DNA of 32,000 bases. Source: Ruminococcus flavefaciens (GTDB lineage Bacteria > Bacillota > Clostridia > Oscillospirales > Ruminococcaceae). The translations under genes and the position numbers were made by a program. Below are positions 28,814 through 32,000 of this stretch, in pieces (the first letter of the stretch is position 1; every line of letters starts with the position of its first letter). The notes beneath the pieces were generated by a model. It was not told the DNA's origin, ran no database searches, and saw only the letters and a list, made by a program, of their open reading frames with translations. The stretch is taken from contig DBXO01000042.1 in assembly GCA_002309635.1 (NCBI GenBank), positions 47,120 through 79,119 on the forward strand. The letters are read 5' to 3'.

Positions 28814-31705
28814 TCAGCCGACCGTTACCCTGGCCGTTATTTTTTTGTTCTTTTCGGCAAGCTCTGCTTCGCCGGCAAGATTTATGACAGGATCGCCGTT
28901 ACCGTCAAAAGCCACGCGCCTTATGCGTGTATGCCTGCACGGGTCATACAGCGGGTCCTTGTTGTAGGTGCCGCAGTTTCCCGAAGAATGAGAATCGGGA
29001 CGGGCATGGTATACTATAAGCAGGTTCCCCAGCTCGTCTCGTACAAAGCAGTTATGCCCCGGTCCCGCACAGCCCTTGACATCTGCTGTTGAAAGCACAG
29101 GGCTGCTGATTTTTTTCCAGTTCTTTATATCCATAAGGTCAGAATCGATATCTGCCTCTATTCTGCCTACGCAGTACTCCGAGCCTGTTCCCGAAGCCGA
29201 GAAGAAAACATAGACCTTGCTGCCTGTTTTGAGTACTGCCGCTCCTTCATTTACGCGGTTATTTACCAGCTCCCAGCTGTATTCCGGCTTTGTAAGCATT
29301 ATCGGCTGCGAAATGAGCTTCCACGGCTGCGCAGGGTCTATCTCAGCCATAAAAAGTGAGGAATCTCCCTTAATCTCAGCCCATATCACATAATGTCTGC
29401 CTTTATTCTCGAAATAGGTCATATCCAGTGAAAAGCTTTGAAATGACTCGCTGTCCCCTGCCGAAGCCTGCATCTGTCCGCACTCCGTCCAGCTGCCTGT
29501 GTACGGGTCTCCGTCGCATTTCAGCACATATGGGCGTATAGCCCAGATATCATCGCTTGCTCCCGCCGCAAAGAATATATACCACGAGCCGCCTATATAG
29601 TGCATTTCGGGAGCCCATATGTGCTTTGCAAGTATGCCGCTTGAATGAGCCTTCCATATTGTTTTTTCCTCCGCGGAAGCAAGTCCTCCTACGGTATTGC
29701 TACGCCTGAGGATTATGCGGTCATAGCCCTTGTCAACGCTTCCGTAAGCGGGATAGGAGGCTGTAAAATAGTAGTAGCCGTTGCAGCCGTCAACTATATA
29801 TGGGTCGGCTCTTTCCTTTATGAAAGGGTCAGCATAGAGCTCTGAACTTGACCTTACCGTACCGCTCACGCTGTAAACTCCTGCCTTTGAGGTATCTATG
29901 CGGGCCACATCAGAGCTGTCCCAGTCCACGCTCATCTCGCATACACCGCCGCCTGTATACTCGGCAATAACCGTATCCGGCATATCCTTTTCGCAGCCGG
30001 TAACAATATTCACTGCGGGAGCTCTCATTCTTGTGTTTACAGGCGAAAGGCCGTCTGAAGGATAGGCGTTTATAAGAGCTGTGTACTGGTCGCCATTAAT
30101 GGGTATAACATAGCCGTGACGCGGCGTGAAGTTGAAGCTGTAGCTGCTCCTGCTGACTGTTCTGAAGTTTACCAGGTCCGTTGTCTCCTGCATTACATAG
30201 TAGCCGTCACCGTATGCATCAGACATCATAAGCCACTTGTCTGTGCCGATTAGATTGTAGATATTCGGACCCTCAACACCGATATCTCCCTCGGAGACCT
30301 GCTTTACTTCCGTGTAGGGACCGCTTGCATGGTCGGAGGTGGCAAGATAAATACGCTTATTTGTCTCGTTCTTATAGTACATATAATACTTGCCGTTCCG
30401 GAAAATAATATCGGAATCTATAGCATCATTGCCGTTTGCAGGGGCAAAGAGCATCTTCGGCTCGGTGTCGAGCTTCTTCATGTCTCTGCTGTATGCGTAG
30501 TACATGATAGTCCTGTCATCACGTCCGGGCACTCTCGCCGCATAGTATATCATGTAGGACTGCTTTTCGGGATCGTATATTGCCTGCGGAGCCCATGCGC
30601 GGTCAGCGCCCTGCATGAGCGGGTACTTGTTGGCGATTTCTATGCTTGTCTCATCGAACCAGTGTACAAGGTCGGTAGATTTCGCACTGAGAAGATTGCG
30701 ATTGCTGTTCCAGCCGAGTGAGGACTTCATATCCGTAGCAAGCATATAGTAGAAGTCGTCCTCGCCCTTGAAAATATATGGGTCGCGGAGACATTCCGTG
30801 CCTACTCCCGACTTCCATACCGCCTTGCCGCCGTTCAACGCCCTGAAGTTGTAGCCGTCGGTGCTGACAGCATAGGAAAGACGCTCCTGCTCGGGAGAAT
30901 TGCCGAGAAAGTAGGCGAAAAGATATGCTACATACGGCTTTTCAGCGGAAATAGTGCTGTAGGTCTCGATATTCACGTCTTTTCCTGCAAGAAAGCCTGT
31001 GAGCAGCACAAGGTCTGAGACATTCACTGTTCCGTCGCCGTTCATGTCCGCAACAGCTGTCATGGTATCATCAAAACCGCTTATCACTCCGCGCTGCATG
31101 ATGCTGCGATCAAAAACATCGGTATTTCCGTCAAAATTAAGATCACCGCGTACAAACTTGAAATCGCCGCCGACGGGACGGATATAGAACTTCTGTCCCT
31201 CGCCTGCCCAGTAGTCCCACTGGTCGATATTGGCACCGTTCTCGTAGCTTATATCGTAAACGTCAAGTGCGGAATTTCCCGAGCACTCCCCGGTGATATA
31301 GTATGCATCATCGGTTCGGTGAAGTATGAAGTGCTGAGCCGCTGTGTCCCTGTACTCCGAGAGATATATGTTGTTTCCGTTGGTATTGTCCCCGTTTTCA
31401 ACGGTAAGAGCCATTCTTCTGTCACTTCCCGAGAGTATGCAGCATTTTTCGTTTCCTGCGCTCTCTATGTGCCATATCTGTGAGCTGTCGCCCTTTTTCT
31501 CCCACTGCTGTACATTTCCGTCACTTGCAGCCGTAATGTACTTGCCGCTGAGCCGCACCATGATAGTATAATCGGCTCCGCTTATGACCTCGCCGTAACT
31601 GTCGGCAAAGTCGGCTGTGACCACAGCACGGACAGGCACAGGACAGGCAGCTATGATCAATGCTGCCGTGCTTGCAGCTGCAAGCACTTTTTTCAGTCTG
31701 TTCAT
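28814..31705 (-). CDS. multidomain cellulosomal hemicellulase: signal peptide, ricin-B/CBM13, internal dockerin, GH43 domain, Ig-like domain, second GH43 domain
   Basis: I moved the start to MNRLKKVLAAASTAALIIAACPVPVRA (complement of 31703-31705), which follows AGAGG. QxW repeats (QQW, QIW, DQW) mark the ricin-B domain. The dockerin is at aa 187-242. GH43 domain 1 has LRDPYIFKGEDDFYYMLATD and WAPQAIYD. An Ig-like segment is SVDWDSSDVARIDTSKAGVYSVSGTV. GH43 domain 2 has RADPYIV...YYFTAS, HIWAPEMHYIGGSWYIFF and NEGAAVL. Confidence 0.85.
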   Translation of the reverse strand: MNRLKKVLAAASTAALIIAACPVPVRAVVTADFADSYGEVISGADYTIMVRLSGKYITAASDGNVQQWEKKGDSSQIWHIESAGNEKCCILSGSDRRMALTVENGDNTNGNNIYLSEYRDTAAQHFILHRTDDAYYITGECSGNSALDVYDISYENGANIDQWDYWAGEGQKFYIRPVGGDFKFVRGDLNFDGNTDVFDRSIMQRGVISGFDDTMTAVADMNGDGTVNVSDLVLLTGFLAGKDVNIETYSTISAEKPYVAYLFAYFLGNSPEQERLSYAVSTDGYNFRALNGGKAVWKSGVGTECLRDPYIFKGEDDFYYMLATDMKSSLGWNSNRNLLSAKSTDLVHWFDETSIEIANKYPLMQGADRAWAPQAIYDPEKQSYMIYYAARVPGRDDRTIMYYAYSRDMKKLDTEPKMLFAPANGNDAIDSDIIFRNGKYYMYYKNETNKRIYLATSDHASGPYTEVKQVSEGDIGVEGPNIYNLIGTDKWLMMSDAYGDGYYVMQETTDLVNFRTVSRSSYSFNFTPRHGYVIPINGDQYTALINAYPSDGLSPVNTRMRAPAVNIVTGCEKDMPDTVIAEYTGGGVCEMSVDWDSSDVARIDTSKAGVYSVSGTVRSSSELYADPFIKERADPYIVDGCNGYYYFTASYPAYGSVDKGYDRIILRRSNTVGGLASAEEKTIWKAHSSGILAKHIWAPEMHYIGGSWYIFFAAGASDDIWAIRPYVLKCDGDPYTGSWTECGQMQASAGDSESFQSFSLDMTYFENKGRHYVIWAEIKGDSSLFMAEIDPAQPWKLISQPIMLTKPEYSWELVNNRVNEGAAVLKTGSKVYVFFSASGTGSEYCVGRIEADIDSDLMDIKNWKKISSPVLSTADVKGCAGPGHNCFVRDELGNLLIVYHARPDSHSSGNCGTYNKDPLYDPCRHTRIRRVAFDGNGDPVINLAGEAELAEKNKKITARVTVG
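30980..31147 (-). other. internal dockerin module of the GH43 protein
   Basis: GDLNFDGNTDVFDRSIMQRGVISG...ADMNGDGTVNVSDLVLLTGFLAGK. It lies between the CBM13 and the catalytic domains rather than at the C-terminus. Confidence 0.8.
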
Positions 31706-31840
31706 TTCAAAACCTCTTTTCATTCTGAGCAATTTCTGTGTATACGAACACATTTCGTTTCAAATTATTCCAAGAACATTTTAACCTATTTTCTCCAAAA
31801 AATCAATAGTTTTTTGTGCTTATTAATATCTTTTGACACA

Positions 31841-31869
31841 AAAAGCTCCGACTCACTGCCGGAGCTTTT
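31841..31869 (-). terminator. terminator hairpin downstream of the partial right-edge gene
   Basis: AAAAGCTCCG-ACTCACTGC-CGGAGCTTTT, located 11 nt after the TAA of the minus-strand partial CDS. Confidence 0.6.
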
Positions 31870-31880
31870 ATTGTTAAGTT

Positions 31881-32000
31881 TTACTTTATAAGACCCATGC
31901 CCCAGATAGTGAAGCTGCCGCTTCCGCTGATAGAAACGTCAAGTTCTCCCGTGGTATCCTGATAGTAGCCAAGCTCTGCGTCAGGACCGCCCCATGTGTA
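31881..32000 (-). CDS. 3' end (39 codons) of an unidentified protein gene that continues beyond the right window edge
   Basis: The minus-strand frame is open from the window edge to the TAA (complement of 31881-31883): YTWGGPDAELGYYQDTTGELDVSISGSGSFTIWGMGLIK*. A hairpin terminator follows. I recognised no family. Confidence 0.4.
   Translation of the reverse strand, partial: YTWGGPDAELGYYQDTTGELDVSISGSGSFTIWGMGLIK

Noticed and set aside
1-32000. A search by eye for CRISPR arrays, tRNA/rRNA genes, transposases or integrases, long terminal inverted repeats, and prophage or toxin-antitoxin modules.
   Set aside because: I saw no regularly spaced direct repeats, no cloverleaf-like segments in the intergenic regions, and no recombinase-like ORFs on either strand. 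The only repeats are in-frame Thr/Pro/Lys codon tracts inside genes. A computational scan (tRNAscan-SE, CRISPR finders, ISfinder) would be needed for certainty.

Overview
This looks like a chromosomal segment from a mid-GC Firmicute of the Clostridia, probably a cellulosome-producing Ruminococcus-like organism. The taxonomic call rests on three secreted proteins with duplicated Ca-binding dockerin repeats and Thr-rich linkers, plus a sigG gene. I found about 25 protein genes. I saw no rRNA, tRNA, CRISPR array, transposase or integrase.

Gene order: tmcAL (-, runs off the left edge); ackA; DUF3737 protein (-); a tiny promoter-to-terminator micro-gene; AraC-type regulator (-); pdxK plus a hypothetical; sigG; an nfeD-SPFH pair; a tightly coupled five-gene envelope operon (MBOAT, DHHW, FkbH-like/HAD-IIIC, carrier protein, metallophosphoesterase); rlmB plus an 841-aa membrane protein that looks like a P1B-type ATPase with its catalytic motifs missing; an LCP protein; an aminotransferase (-); a dockerin-bearing transglutaminase-like protein; a solitary PglX-like N6-adenine methyltransferase (-); a degenerate-GGDEF/EAL membrane protein; GH5-dockerin; CBM13-dockerin-GH43-GH43 (-); and a partial CDS (-).

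The best candidate for an undescribed system is the operon at 9087-14846. It pairs an Alg/Pat-type extracellular half (MBOAT plus an AlgJ-like DHHW protein) with a Dlt-like carrier-protein donor. The adenylating ligase of Dlt is replaced by an FkbH-type loader. I infer a carrier-protein-dependent pathway that puts an unusual, possibly glyceryl-type, ester on a wall glycopolymer.

Secondary items are the pseudo-P-type ATPase, the orphan compact PglX-like methyltransferase with a probable non-ATG start, and the 30-codon micro-gene. All family assignments come from motif recognition by eye. No searches were run.
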